DNA from: Trueperaceae bacterium | GTDB lineage: Bacteria; Deinococcota; Deinococci; Deinococcales; Trueperaceae | NCBI GenBank assembly: GCA_034520945.1 | Contig: JAXHNB010000006.1 | Location: forward strand, 704,001-768,000 | Length of the DNA: 64,000 nucleotides | Direction of reading: 5' to 3' | Part shown: one piece after another, positions 26,973 through 37,385 of the stretch | Layout: each line of letters opens with the position of its first letter | Position numbering within the stretch: the first letter of the stretch is position 1 | The notes under the pieces: generated by a model | The model's input: the letters and a program-made list of their open reading frames with translations, nothing else | The model's database searches: none | Told to the model about the DNA's origin: nothing | Translations under genes and position numbers: made by a program

Positions 26973-28589
26973 ATGAAGCACGTAGGTCATCACGTGAAGT
27001 CCGACTCGCTGGCGTCCTTCGGGATCCGCGACGCCGCCACCGTGCACTGGAACCTCACCACGCCGGAGCTGTACACCGCCGCCCTGATCCGCGGCGAGGG
27101 CGAGCTAGTGCACCTCGGCCCGCTGGCGGTCGACACGGGACGCTACACGGGCCGCTCGCCCAAGGATCGGTTCGTGGTTCGCGACGCCCGCAGCGACGAC
27201 ACCGTCGATTGGGGCGCCGTGAATCAGCCCATGAGCGAAGCGCAATTCGCCGAGGTGCGAAAGGGCATTCTCGAGGCGACGCGCGGGCGCGATTTGTTCG
27301 TGCAGGACGTGTTCGTGGGGACGCATCCGGAGTTTCGCGTGCCCGTTCGGGTGATCACCGAATACGGCTGGCACTCCCTGTTCGTCCGCAACATGTTCGT
27401 GCGGCCCACCCGGCGCGCCCTCGACAAGCACGAGCCCGTCTATACCATCGTCGACGTGCCCAGTTTCCGGGCCGACCCCGACACGATGGGCACTCGGAAC
27501 GAGACGGTCATCGCCATGAACCTCAGCGAGCGGATGGTGCTGATCGGTTCGACGGAGTACGCCGGCGAGGTGAAGAAGTCCGCCTTCGCGATGATGAACT
27601 TCGAGCTTCCCGAGCGCGGCGTGATGCCGATGCACTGCAGCGCCAACGTCGGGCCCGACAACGAGGTGGCGGTGTTCTTCGGCCTGTCCGGGACGGGCAA
27701 GACCACCCTGTCCGCGACGCACGACCGGACCTTGGTCGGCGACGACGAGCACGGCTGGTCGGACGAGGGGGTCTTCAACTTCGAAGGCGGCTGCTACGCC
27801 AAGATCGAGCACCTCTCGGCGCAGGCCGAGCCTGAGATCTACGAGACGACGCGACGCTTCGCCACCATCCTCGAGAACGTCGTGGTGGACCAAGAAACGC
27901 GCCGCGTCAACCTGGACGACACCACCAAGACCGAGAACATGCGGGCCGCCTACCCGATCAGCCACATCAGCAACGCCAGCCGCGTCGGTTACGCCGGCCA
28001 TCCCACCGACATCGTGTTCCTCGCCGCCGACGCGTTCGGTGTGCTGCCCCCCATCGCCAAGCTCACGCCCGAACAGGTGGAGTACTACTTCCTGTCCGGC
28101 TACACCGCCAAGTTGGCTGGGACCGAGCGTGGCGTGACCGAACCGGAAGCGACCTTCAGCGCCTGTTTCGGCGCGCCGTTCATGCCCCGGCGGCCTGGCG
28201 AGTACGCCTCGCTGTTGGTGGAGAAGATGCGGGCGCACGGTGCCGGCGGCTGGCTGATCAATACCGGCTGGACCGGCGGCCCGTACGGGACCGGTCACCG
28301 CATGTCGATCTCGTACACGCGCGCCATGATCGACGCCGCGTTGGAACACCGCCTCGACGACGTCGACACCGTCACCGACCCCGTGTTCGGGCTTCACGTG
28401 CCGACGTCCTGCCCGGGGGTGCCCAGCGAGGTCCTGAACCCCCGTGGTACCTGGGGCGATCCCGCCGCCTACGACGCGCAGGCGTCGAAGCTCGCACAGA
28501 TGTTCCGCGACAACTTCCGCCGCTTCGAACATCAGGTCTCGGACGCCGTACGGGCGGCCGGCCCGGGCGGGGCCGGCACGTCCGCCTGA
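26973..28589 (+). CDS. pckA: Phosphoenolpyruvate carboxykinase (ATP)
   Basis: 'TGRSPKD', 'MHCSAN', 'GLSGTGKTTLS', 'GDDEHGW', 'FEGGCYAK'; AGGAGGT SD before ATG 26973. Confidence 0.97.
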   Translation: MKHVGHHVKSDSLASFGIRDAATVHWNLTTPELYTAALIRGEGELVHLGPLAVDTGRYTGRSPKDRFVVRDARSDDTVDWGAVNQPMSEAQFAEVRKGILEATRGRDLFVQDVFVGTHPEFRVPVRVITEYGWHSLFVRNMFVRPTRRALDKHEPVYTIVDVPSFRADPDTMGTRNETVIAMNLSERMVLIGSTEYAGEVKKSAFAMMNFELPERGVMPMHCSANVGPDNEVAVFFGLSGTGKTTLSATHDRTLVGDDEHGWSDEGVFNFEGGCYAKIEHLSAQAEPEIYETTRRFATILENVVVDQETRRVNLDDTTKTENMRAAYPISHISNASRVGYAGHPTDIVFLAADAFGVLPPIAKLTPEQVEYYFLSGYTAKLAGTERGVTEPEATFSACFGAPFMPRRPGEYASLLVEKMRAHGAGGWLINTGWTGGPYGTGHRMSISYTRAMIDAALEHRLDDVDTVTDPVFGLHVPTSCPGVPSEVLNPRGTWGDPAAYDAQASKLAQMFRDNFRRFEHQVSDAVRAAGPGGAGTSA

Positions 28590-28704
28590 GGGTGGGCCTG
28601 GGCGCGCCCGCACGCACGGCGGGCGCCCCCGCGCCGCATCGACGCGGTGCGGGGGCGACGTCCGGTGATACCCTGCCGCCACCCTCACGCCGCGAAGGAG
28701 CCTC

Positions 28705-29406
28705 ATGAAGACCCTCAAGGACAAGGCGATCGTGATCACCGGCGCCGGCGGCGACATCGCCGGCGCCGTGGAAGAGGCCATGGCCCAGGCCGGGGCGCGC
28801 CCCATCCTGATCGATCGCGACGAGATCCGCATCCGCGGACGCGCGGAGTCGTACGCCACCCTCGCCATCGAGGAGGACCTCCTCTCGGCCGAAAGCGCCC
28901 AGCGGGCCGCCGACGCCGCGCAGGACCGAATGGGCCGCGTCGACGGGCTGGTTCACCTGATCGGAGACATCGTGCCCGGCCGCCTCGAGGACCTCGACGA
29001 CGCGGACTACGATCACGCGTTCGACAGCAACGTCCGCACCCTGTTCCATACCGTCCGCGCGTTCCTACCGCTCTTGAAGGCGCGCCCCGAGTCGTTCGTC
29101 GCATCGATCGGGGCACAGCAGGCGTTCCAGGGCGGATCCCCCGGCGCGACGGTGTTCGCGGCCGCCAAGGGCGCGGCCGCCACCATGCTGCGATCCCTGG
29201 ACGCGGAGTTGGCCGACACCTCGGTCGACGTCACCATCATCACCCCCCTGGGGCCCGTCGACACGGGCTCCGGCCGTACGAGGCTGCCCGCTCCCCGGCA
29301 GGGGGGATGGATCAGCCCGCGCGCGCTGGCGGCGGCGTTCGTGTCGGCGGCGCTGGCCGGCGAAGGCGGCCGCCTGCTGGAGGTGCCGATCCACCCGCCG
29401 CGCTGA
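28705..29406 (+). CDS. Atypical SDR oxidoreductase
   Basis: 'ITGAGGDIA'; the catalytic YxxxK position reads 'FAAAK'. Confidence 0.75.
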   Translation: MKTLKDKAIVITGAGGDIAGAVEEAMAQAGARPILIDRDEIRIRGRAESYATLAIEEDLLSAESAQRAADAAQDRMGRVDGLVHLIGDIVPGRLEDLDDADYDHAFDSNVRTLFHTVRAFLPLLKARPESFVASIGAQQAFQGGSPGATVFAAAKGAAATMLRSLDAELADTSVDVTIITPLGPVDTGSGRTRLPAPRQGGWISPRALAAAFVSAALAGEGGRLLEVPIHPPR

Positions 29407-29424
29407 ACGCACCCGCGCGGCGGG

Positions 29425-30624
29425 TCACGGCACGACCGTATCGTCTCCTTCGTCCGGAATCGGTCCTTCGTCCAAAACCTCCCGCAGGGCATCGACCGTT
29501 CGGTCGACCTCTTCGTCGGTGGTGTACAGCGCGACCGGCGCGAACCTGAGCAGGTCGGGCGGCCGGAAGTCCGGCACGATGCCGCGCGCGCGCAGGGCGC
29601 GCGAGATCGCCCGCGCCTGCGGGTGCCGGAACGCCACGTGCCCCCCGCGGCGGTCGAACGACGCCGGCGTGACGCGCTCGCATTCGGGCGCTTGCGTCTG
29701 CACGCGGCGGACGAGTCGCTCGGTCAACGCCAGCGAGCGTTCCCGCACGGCGTCGATGCCGACCTCCTCGAAGGCGGCGAGCCCGCCCTCCAGGCCCGCC
29801 AACGCCAGCACGCTCGGGGTGCCCGTCTGCCAGGCCGCGGCACCCGCCGCGGGCGTGAACGTCGGCGCCATGGCGAACTGCGTGGCCTTGTGGTGGCCCC
29901 ACCATCCTGGAAGGCCCGGCGGGCGGTCGTGATGCCGCCGGTGCAGGAACAGGCCGCCGGGCGCCCCGGGCCCGGCGTTCAGGTACTTGTACGAACACCA
30001 GGTAGCCGCGTCGATCCCCTCGCGGTGCATGTCGTGCGGCATGGCGCCGATCGAGTGCGCCGCGTCCAGGCATGCCAGGGCCCCTGCCGCCTGCGCGGCG
30101 GCCGCCAAGCGTGCCGTGTCCAGGCGCTGCCCGCTGCGGTAGAGGACGACCGGCAGCCACGCCAACGCGACGTCGCCGGTCAACGCGGCTTCGATGTCGC
30201 GCTCGTCCACCAGCTCGCCCTCGCCGCCTTGGCTGCCGACGAGGCGGAGTTCGGCGCCGTAGCGGTCGGTCCAGCTCCGCAACGCGTACAGGTCGCTCGG
30301 GAACTCACGCGCCAGCGCCACGATGTGCCGCCGCCGGCCCTCGGGCCGGTACAGGCCGGCGAGGATCGCGTGCAGGTTGATCGTGGTGCCGCCGGTGGCG
30401 ATCACCTCGTCGGCATGCGCGCCGACCAGCCGCGCCAGCGCGGGGGAGAGACGCTCGGCCGCGGCGAACCACTCCTCCCACGCCCCGACGGCCTGATGGT
30501 TCCACTGCCGCATCCGCCGTTCGATCGCGCGCTGCGCCGCCAGGCTCATCGGCCCCAGCGAATTGCCGTCCATGTAGATGCCGGGAGGCAGCAAAAAGGC
30601 GTCCCTGCGCGGGAGCAGGCTCAT
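29425..30624 (-). CDS. kynU: Kynureninase
   Basis: 'IYMDGNSLG', 'EFPSDLY', 'DAAHSIG', 'WCSYKYLNAGPG', 'RGGHV', 'DFRPPD'. Confidence 0.92.
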   Translation of the reverse strand: MSLLPRRDAFLLPPGIYMDGNSLGPMSLAAQRAIERRMRQWNHQAVGAWEEWFAAAERLSPALARLVGAHADEVIATGGTTINLHAILAGLYRPEGRRRHIVALAREFPSDLYALRSWTDRYGAELRLVGSQGGEGELVDERDIEAALTGDVALAWLPVVLYRSGQRLDTARLAAAAQAAGALACLDAAHSIGAMPHDMHREGIDAATWCSYKYLNAGPGAPGGLFLHRRHHDRPPGLPGWWGHHKATQFAMAPTFTPAAGAAAWQTGTPSVLALAGLEGGLAAFEEVGIDAVRERSLALTERLVRRVQTQAPECERVTPASFDRRGGHVAFRHPQARAISRALRARGIVPDFRPPDLLRFAPVALYTTDEEVDRTVDALREVLDEGPIPDEGDDTVVP

Positions 30625-31274
30625 GCGTCGCCGGCGGTGCCGTCGCCCGGCGGCCACAACAGCGCCCGCGCCGGTGCCGCGTCCGCGCCCGCCAGGTGCA
30701 ACGGAAGACAGGCGAACATCCACCGTCCCGGCGTCGCGGCGTTCAACGCGAGCCCTTCGATGATCTGCACGTCCCGCGCCCCGCACGCCCGGTGCGCCGG
30801 AAGGTCGCGGCTGTCCAGCGGATCGATGCTGGGGGCGTCGGTGCCCACCACGCGCACGCCCCGGTCGGCCAGCGCATGGATCAACGCCGGTGCCAACGCC
30901 CGGACGGACTTCGGAAACGCGGTCCAGGCGTCGGGTTGGCCCGTGCGCAGCAGCACGCGTCCCGGCAGCGGCCCGGCGGGCAGGATTTCCGGCCCGACCG
31001 GGTTCGAGGCATCCCGGGCGTCCAACAGCAGGGCGTCGCCGACCAGCCGGCCGATGGGCACCTCGTCCAGCCGCGCACCGGCGTCGTCGGCGTGCCATGG
31101 GGCGTCCACGTGCGTCCCGAGATGCGTCGTGCCTGAAAGCCGCATCAGGTTCACGCTGCTGCCGTCCGCGATGCGCGCATGCTCCTGCAGGGTGAACGGC
31201 GTGTCGCCCGGCCACACCGGGTGGCCGTCGTAAAGGAGGCGGGTGACGTCCAACGGTTCGCTGCGGGCCGGCAC
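30621..31274 (-). CDS. kynB: Kynurenine formamidase / cyclase family
   Basis: 'VWPGDTPF', 'HLGTHVDAPWH', 'GTDAPSID', 'IIEGL'; coupled to kynU. Confidence 0.85.
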   Translation of the reverse strand: MPARSEPLDVTRLLYDGHPVWPGDTPFTLQEHARIADGSSVNLMRLSGTTHLGTHVDAPWHADDAGARLDEVPIGRLVGDALLLDARDASNPVGPEILPAGPLPGRVLLRTGQPDAWTAFPKSVRALAPALIHALADRGVRVVGTDAPSIDPLDSRDLPAHRACGARDVQIIEGLALNAATPGRWMFACLPLHLAGADAAPARALLWPPGDGTAGDA

Positions 31275-31279
31275 GGCGG

Positions 31280-32620
31280 TCAGGCGCCCACGTCGAGCCG
31301 GCGCAACAGGTCCTCCAGCTGCCCGGCGACCCGTTCTAGGCGCGCTTCGTCAGGGGCCGTCACCATCACCCGGACCAGCGCCTCGGTGCCGGAGGGGCGG
31401 AGGTTCACGCGTACCTCGTCGCCGAACTCGGTTTCGATCCCCGCGATCGCGTCACGCACGTCGGGATGCTGGGTCACGGCGGTCTTCTCGCCGTCGGGTA
31501 CCGGCACGTTGCGCAGCGTTTGCGGGTAGGTGGGGATGTCGTCCATCCACGCCTCGAGCGGCCGGCCGGAGGCGCGCACCGCCGCCAGCAGTTGCAGCGC
31601 GCTGAGGATGCCGTCGCCGGTGGAGGCCTTGTCGAGGAACAGTACGTGCCCCGACTGCTCGCCGCCGAGTCGGAGGCCCCGTTGGCGCAGCTCCGCGTCG
31701 ACGTGGCGGTCCCCGACCTGCGTCCGGTGCACCGTGATGCCGTGGTCGTTCATCCACCGTTCGGCCCCCAGGTTGGTCATCACGGTGGCCACCACCTCTC
31801 GGTCGCCCCGCACGCGGGCAACGATGGCGATCACGTGATCGCCGGTCACGAGGCGGCCTTTTCGGTCGACCAATTGCACCCGGTCGGCGTCCCCGTCGAA
31901 CGTCACGCCGACGTCGAGGCCGTGCGCGCGCACGTGCGTCCGGATCGCGTCCGGGTGCGTCGAGCCGCAGCCCGCGTTCACGTTCACGCCGTCCGGCGAG
32001 GCGTGGATCACGTCCATCCGCGCGCCGATGCGGCGGAACACTTCGGGCGCGACCTGGCTGGCGGCCCCGTTGGCGCAGTCCAAGGCGACGCGCAGGCCGT
32101 CCAGGTACGGGGCGTGTCCCAACAGGAAGGCGCGATACGCCCCTTCCCGGCGGTCGTAGCGGTCGCTGGAGCCGATGTCGGCACCGGTCGCGTCGGGCTC
32201 GTCGTCCGCACCGCCCTGCAGGCGTCGCTCGATCGCGGCGGTGGCGTCGTCGGCCAGCTTTCTGCCCTCGCCGTCGAACAGCTTGATGCCGTTGTCCTCG
32301 AACGGGTTGTGGCTGGCGGAGATCACCACGCCGGCGTCGGCCCGGCGGTGGCGGGTCAGGAAGGCGACCCCGGGCGTGGGCAGTACGCCCGTCCAGGTCA
32401 CGTGCGCCCCACGCGTGCACGCGCCGGCCGTGAACGCGTGCGCCAGCATGGGGCTGCTGCGGCGCGTGTCCATGCCCAGGACCAGCTTCGGGGCTCGGCC
32501 CGTGAGGTGACGCAGGTGATCGCTGGTGGCGCGCGCCAAGCGGTAGGCGGTGTCGCCGTCCATTGGAGGGCGACCGGCGTGGCCGCGGACGCCGTCCGTC
32601 CCGAATAGGGAGGGTGTCAT
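31280..32620 (-). CDS. glmM: Phosphoglucosamine mutase
   Basis: 'FGTDGVRG', 'ISASHNP', 'FDGDADR', 'GGEQSGH', 'RPSGTE'; ATG 32620 lies 7 nt after TACAAT. Confidence 0.95.
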   Translation of the reverse strand: MTPSLFGTDGVRGHAGRPPMDGDTAYRLARATSDHLRHLTGRAPKLVLGMDTRRSSPMLAHAFTAGACTRGAHVTWTGVLPTPGVAFLTRHRRADAGVVISASHNPFEDNGIKLFDGEGRKLADDATAAIERRLQGGADDEPDATGADIGSSDRYDRREGAYRAFLLGHAPYLDGLRVALDCANGAASQVAPEVFRRIGARMDVIHASPDGVNVNAGCGSTHPDAIRTHVRAHGLDVGVTFDGDADRVQLVDRKGRLVTGDHVIAIVARVRGDREVVATVMTNLGAERWMNDHGITVHRTQVGDRHVDAELRQRGLRLGGEQSGHVLFLDKASTGDGILSALQLLAAVRASGRPLEAWMDDIPTYPQTLRNVPVPDGEKTAVTQHPDVRDAIAGIETEFGDEVRVNLRPSGTEALVRVMVTAPDEARLERVAGQLEDLLRRLDVGA

Positions 32621-32660
32621 GCGCGGCATTGTATCCACGGTGCCCGCGCCCGGCGCGGCG

Positions 32661-33374
32661 TTACACGTTCCAACCGCCGGAGATGGGCAGGAACGCCCCC
32701 GTCACGTATCGCGCTTCGAACGAGACCAGGTAGGCGAGGGCGGCGGCGATCTCGTCCAGGGTGCCCGGGCGGCCCATGGGGATCTCGCCGCGGGGCTTGG
32801 TGACGCTGTTCTCCATCACGCCGGGGGCGAGCACGTTGACGGTGGTGCCGTGCGGCGCCTCGCGCTTGGCCAATGCCCGGCTGTACAGCAGCACGCCCGT
32901 CTTGGCGATCTGGTACGCCACGATGCCCGGCTTGCCACTCAGCGCGTCCGACCCCGCGTACCCGAGGTTCACGATGCGCCCCTGCGGGCTGTCGCGAAGC
33001 AACGGGGCGGCGCGTTGGCAGGTGTGGAAGGTTGCGGTGAGGTTGCTGTCCAACATCTCGTGCCACGTGTCCGCCTCCAGCTCCTCCAGGGGGCCGTAGT
33101 GGTAGGCGCCGACGTTGTTGACCAGCACGTCCAGACGGCCCAGGCGCGCCGCGGCCTCGTCCACCAAGGCCGTCGCCTCGGCGCGGTCCGTCACGTCCGC
33201 GCGCACCACCGCGGCTGCCACCCCGAAGCTTCGGGCCTCCTCGGCCACGGCCTGGGCCGCCTCGGCGCTGCTGCGGTAGTGCACGGCCACGTCGTACCCC
33301 TCGCGCGCCAATCGCAACACCAGCGCCCGCCCGATGCCGCGGGCGGAGCCGGTCACCAGGGCCGCCCCCGTCAC
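32661..33374 (-). CDS. SDR, TmpR-like dihydropteridine/dihydrofolate reductase
   Basis: 'ALVTGSARGIG', 'VAVHYRSS', 'YQIAKTG', 'PGVMENS'; GTGA overlap with the upstream gene. Confidence 0.75.
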   Translation of the reverse strand: MTGAALVTGSARGIGRALVLRLAREGYDVAVHYRSSAEAAQAVAEEARSFGVAAAVVRADVTDRAEATALVDEAAARLGRLDVLVNNVGAYHYGPLEELEADTWHEMLDSNLTATFHTCQRAAPLLRDSPQGRIVNLGYAGSDALSGKPGIVAYQIAKTGVLLYSRALAKREAPHGTTVNVLAPGVMENSVTKPRGEIPMGRPGTLDEIAAALAYLVSFEARYVTGAFLPISGGWNV

Positions 33375-34246
33375 GTCGGATCCGTCCCACCGGAACCATG
33401 CGCACGACGGTAGGCGCGGTAGCGCGGAACGCGGGCCGCCTGCGTCGCCAGCGCCCACGCCGCCATCCCCAGCACCAGCCACGGAAACGCCGCCGGCCGT
33501 CCCACCGCCAGCAGGAGCGCCAACGACAAGGTCTGCGTGGTCAAACCCAACTCCGCCAGCGTGGCGGTCGCGTACAGGTCCGACCATGCCAGGCGGCGGT
33601 CCCGTGGGGCCGCCTCGAACGAGGCCCCCTCCGCCAACCGGAACGCCGCCCGATCGGCGCGCTCGATCCACCGGTCCTGGGGGGCCAGCAGGTACCGGTA
33701 CGCCCCTTCGAACACGCGGTAGGCCCAGCCGGGCGCGGCGCACCCACGCTCCCCCTCCGGCGCCCGATCGGAGGCCGGCGTGCGGGGCAGGCGGTACAGC
33801 CGCTCCATGTTGTGATCCAGCGACAGGACCGCCATCGAGGCCAGCCAGCCCGCGACGGCCAGGCCGGCGCCGGCGACGGGCGCCAGCGCCGCGTACAGCG
33901 AGGTGGTGACGATCAGATCCATCCCGGTGTCCAGGTAGCGGCCGAGCGGCGTGACGCGGTCCGTGACGCGGGCCAGCCCCCCATCCACGTTGTCGAGGAC
34001 AGCCTTGAGCAGGAGTGCAGCGGCCGCCGCCAACCAGGCGGATGGCGGGCCGGACGCCGCCGAGGACGCGCCGATGACGATGAGCACGGCGGCCAGCACG
34101 CCCAACGCCGCGTGCGTGAGCACGACCGCGTGGGGGTGGATGCCACGGCGCGCCAGCACCGCGATCAGGGCGTCCGACACGGGACGAAGCAAGAGCACGG
34201 CCCGCTCGGTCCGGGGGCGTGCCTTGGCGGCGCGTCGCAGGTCCAC
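33371..34246 (-). CDS. CDP-alcohol phosphatidyltransferase family protein
   Basis: 'LDNVDGGLAR...TPLGRYLDTGMD' signature. Confidence 0.88.
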   Translation of the reverse strand: MDLRRAAKARPRTERAVLLLRPVSDALIAVLARRGIHPHAVVLTHAALGVLAAVLIVIGASSAASGPPSAWLAAAAALLLKAVLDNVDGGLARVTDRVTPLGRYLDTGMDLIVTTSLYAALAPVAGAGLAVAGWLASMAVLSLDHNMERLYRLPRTPASDRAPEGERGCAAPGWAYRVFEGAYRYLLAPQDRWIERADRAAFRLAEGASFEAAPRDRRLAWSDLYATATLAELGLTTQTLSLALLLAVGRPAAFPWLVLGMAAWALATQAARVPRYRAYRRAHGSGGTDPT

Positions 34247-34330
34247 GGTGTCTGGATGGTACCACCGGACCCTCTCCTCGCGGTCCGCGGGACCGCCCTC
34301 CTGCACCGGGCACCGCGGTAGGCTCGGCGC

Positions 34331-35125
34331 ATGAGCGCGACCGTGGGTTCGTACCTGTTCCTGTTGCTCCTGGCACTGGGGGTGTGGCGCACCGCACTGT
34401 GGCGCCCGCGACCGCTGCCCGGCGTGACCCGGCCGCGTCCGTGGGCGCTCGGGCATCGCGGTGCGCGCGGGCCGCACGCCGAGAACACCATGCCGGCCTT
34501 CGCCTATGCGCTCCGGCACGGCGACGGCCTGGAGACCGACGTCCAGCGGAGCTTTGATGGCGACCTGGTGTTGTGGCACGACTTCGAACTGGCCGGCGTG
34601 CCGGTCCGGGATGCACGGACCGTGTGGCTGCGCGGCCAAGCGCCGGACCTGGTCACGCTGGCCGACCTGTTCCGCCTGGCCGGCGAGGCGCCCGGCACGG
34701 TGCTCAACCTCGAGATCAAGAGCCGCCCGCGGCCGCTGCGGGGGTGGGCGCTGGAGCGCGACGTGGTGCGGGCGGTGCGCCTGTCCGGTCTGGCCGACCG
34801 GGTACTGGTCTCCAGCTTCGATCCCCTCGCCCTGCTGCGCGTCCGCCTGCTGGCGCCCGAGCTTCGGACCGGCCTGCTCACGGCCGCCGAGATGCCGGCA
34901 CTGCTGCGGGGTGGCGCGCTGGCGGGCTGGTTGCACGTCGACGCGCTGCACCCCGAGGCGCCGCAGGTGGACGCCGCGCTGCTGCGGACGGCCCGTGATC
35001 GAAGCCTCCCGCTGCACGTCTGGACCGTGAACGATCCCGAGCGGATGAGCGAGCTCGTCCGCAAGGGGGTAGGCGCCGTGATCGGCGACGATCCCGCCGC
35101 CGTCGCGAAGCACGTGAAGGGATGA
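34331..35125 (+). CDS. Glycerophosphodiester phosphodiesterase
   Basis: 'GHRGA...ENT', 'ETDV', 'HD', 'NLEIK', 'WTVND'; N-terminal membrane anchor. Confidence 0.9.
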   Translation: MSATVGSYLFLLLLALGVWRTALWRPRPLPGVTRPRPWALGHRGARGPHAENTMPAFAYALRHGDGLETDVQRSFDGDLVLWHDFELAGVPVRDARTVWLRGQAPDLVTLADLFRLAGEAPGTVLNLEIKSRPRPLRGWALERDVVRAVRLSGLADRVLVSSFDPLALLRVRLLAPELRTGLLTAAEMPALLRGGALAGWLHVDALHPEAPQVDAALLRTARDRSLPLHVWTVNDPERMSELVRKGVGAVIGDDPAAVAKHVKG

Positions 35126-35328
35126 ACGCTGCGATGAAGATCGTCATGAAGCTCGTTACCGCCAACGAACCGTCGTTGTTCGAGGAACGCATGAGCCGCG
35201 TGCTGGCGGGGCTCACCGAACAGGACGTCATCGTCGACGTGGAGTTCGCCACCTCGCCCACCGAGACCGGTTCGGGAACGGTCTACAGCGCGCTGGTGCA
35301 CGTGCAGACGTCGGAACCCTGGTCCTGA
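35122..35328 (+). CDS. Small hypothetical protein (weak resemblance to Cse60/DUF2758)
   Basis: ATGA overlap; beta-alpha-beta-beta pattern ending 'YSALVHV'. Confidence 0.55.
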   Translation: MNAAMKIVMKLVTANEPSLFEERMSRVLAGLTEQDVIVDVEFATSPTETGSGTVYSALVHVQTSEPWS

Positions 35329-35400
35329 CGCCGCGACAGCGCGTCCTGCACGTGAAGCGCCAAGCGGCACGCCCGTGCGCCAGGGCGGTACACTCGGTCG

Positions 35401-36450
35401 ATGCCGACGACCCTCGTTCTCGCCGTGGATGACGAGCCGGGGATGCTCAAGGTGACCGAGATCGCCTTGACCTCCTCGGGGTACGCCGTGGTGGCGTTCG
35501 ACGATCCGCGCGACGCCATTCAGGAGCTGGAGCAGGGCCTCAGGCCGGACGTGATCGTGTCCGACATCGAAATGCCGGCCATGGACGGCTTCGCGTTCTA
35601 CGCCGCCGTCCGTGAGGTGTCCGAACTGCGGGCGGTGCCGTTTTTGTTCCTCACCGCCCACGGCGACCGCCAGACCATGCGGCGCGGCATGACGCTGGGG
35701 GCCGACGACTACCTCACCAAACCGTTCCAGAAGGACGAACTGATTCAGGCGGTCCAGGTCCGGCTTCGGCGCGTCGCCGAGCTCCGGAGGCCATTGGAGG
35801 GCACGGTCGTGGCGCGCGGCTTCGGCCATCCCGTGATCGAGCGCAACGGCGAGCGATTGGACTGGGATTCGCTCAAGGCGCTGGAGCTGTTGTTCTACCT
35901 GTTGGAGCACCGGGGGGGCGTCGGCACCTTCGAGGTGGCCGAGGCACTGTGGCCCGGCAAGACCGAATCGCGCGCGTCGTCGTCGTTCCACACCACGCTG
36001 TACCGCCTCCGCAAGGTGATGGGCGGCGAGATGGTCGAGTCGGCCAACCGGCGCTACTACCTGCACGACAAGTTCCGCATCGAGTACGACGTGGACCAGT
36101 ACCGTGAGCTGGCCCGCCACGCGCGCGCGACCGGCCGGTTGGGGGACTACCGGAGCGCCCTGGCGTTGTACCGCGGACACTTCCTGGCCCAGTTCGACTC
36201 CGAGTGGATCGAGACGCGCCGCGCCGCTCTGCAGGGCGAACAACTCACCATGTTGGAGGGGGCAGCCGAAGCGGCCCGAACCGCCGGCGACCTGCCCCTC
36301 GCGACCGAGATGTACCAACGCCTCACCGAACACGAGCCGTTCAGCGAGGTCGGGTGGGAAGGGCTGGCCGCCGCCTGGGACGCCCGCGGCGAGCCCGGCC
36401 GCGCGCGCGACGCGCGCCTGCGCTTCGAGCGCATGATGCGCGACGTGTGA
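35401..36450 (+). CDS. Response regulator with wHTH-BTAD output domain
   Basis: REC motifs 'VDDE', 'SDIEMPAMDG', 'YLTKPF'; 'ALWPG', 'LYRGHFL'. Confidence 0.88.
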   Translation: MPTTLVLAVDDEPGMLKVTEIALTSSGYAVVAFDDPRDAIQELEQGLRPDVIVSDIEMPAMDGFAFYAAVREVSELRAVPFLFLTAHGDRQTMRRGMTLGADDYLTKPFQKDELIQAVQVRLRRVAELRRPLEGTVVARGFGHPVIERNGERLDWDSLKALELLFYLLEHRGGVGTFEVAEALWPGKTESRASSSFHTTLYRLRKVMGGEMVESANRRYYLHDKFRIEYDVDQYRELARHARATGRLGDYRSALALYRGHFLAQFDSEWIETRRAALQGEQLTMLEGAAEAARTAGDLPLATEMYQRLTEHEPFSEVGWEGLAAAWDARGEPGRARDARLRFERMMRDV

Positions 36451-36524
36451 CCGCGGCGCGGGCCGGGGTCACGTCGCCGCCCTGAGGTACACTTCCCCGA
36501 CGCGAATCCTGGAGGTGCTCCGCG

Positions 36525-37328
36525 ATGTACGCAATCGATCTTCGTGGCAAGACCGGCCTGGTGATGGGTGTGACCAATCAACGGTCCATCGCCTGGACCA
36601 TCGCCCGCCCGCTGGCCCGCGCCGGCGCCCGTCTCGCCTTCAGCTACCAGGGCGACCGGCTGCGACCCGCCCTGGAGAGCCTCACCGAGGAGCTGGAGGA
36701 TCCCCTGCTGGTGCCGTGCGACGTGAGCGACGACACCGAGCTCGACGCCCTGTTCCAACGCGTCAAGGACGAGTTCGGCACGTTGGATTACGTGGTGCAC
36801 GCCATCGCCTACGCGCCCCCAGCGACCTTCCAGGAGCCGTTCCGCAAGGTGTCCCGCCAGGACTGGCGCACCACCATGGACGTCTCCGCCTACTCGCTGG
36901 TGGCGGTCGCCGACCGCGCCGCCCCGTTGATGAACGAGGGCGGATCGATCGTGACGCTGTCCTACCTCGCCGCCGAGCGCGTGGTGCCGCACTACAACAT
37001 GATGGGGGTCGCCAAGGCCGCTCTGGAGGCGTCGGTGCGCTACCTCGCCTACGACCTGGGCCCTTCGGGCATTCGCATCAATGCGCTCAGCGCCGGTCCG
37101 ATGCGGACGGTGGCGGCACGCTCGATCGCAGGCTTCGGCGACATGTACGGCGAAGCCGGCCGCCAGTCGATGTTGAAGCGCAACATCACCGGCGAGGAGG
37201 TCGGCAACATGGGATTCGCGCTCTTGACCGACATGTCCGGTGGCGTCACGGGCGAAACCGTCTACGTCGACGCAGGGTTCCATGCCATCGGCATGTTCCT
37301 CGGGAACGACGATGGGGAATCGACCTGA
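36525..37328 (+). CDS. fabI: Enoyl-ACP reductase
   Basis: 'GVTNQRSIAW', 'YNMMGVAKAALE', 'SAGPMRT'. Confidence 0.95.
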   Translation: MYAIDLRGKTGLVMGVTNQRSIAWTIARPLARAGARLAFSYQGDRLRPALESLTEELEDPLLVPCDVSDDTELDALFQRVKDEFGTLDYVVHAIAYAPPATFQEPFRKVSRQDWRTTMDVSAYSLVAVADRAAPLMNEGGSIVTLSYLAAERVVPHYNMMGVAKAALEASVRYLAYDLGPSGIRINALSAGPMRTVAARSIAGFGDMYGEAGRQSMLKRNITGEEVGNMGFALLTDMSGGVTGETVYVDAGFHAIGMFLGNDDGEST

Positions 37329-37385
37329 GGCGCATCGTCCCACGCCGCGGCACCCCGGCCGCGTGAGCAGCGAGGAGCGCCGTAC

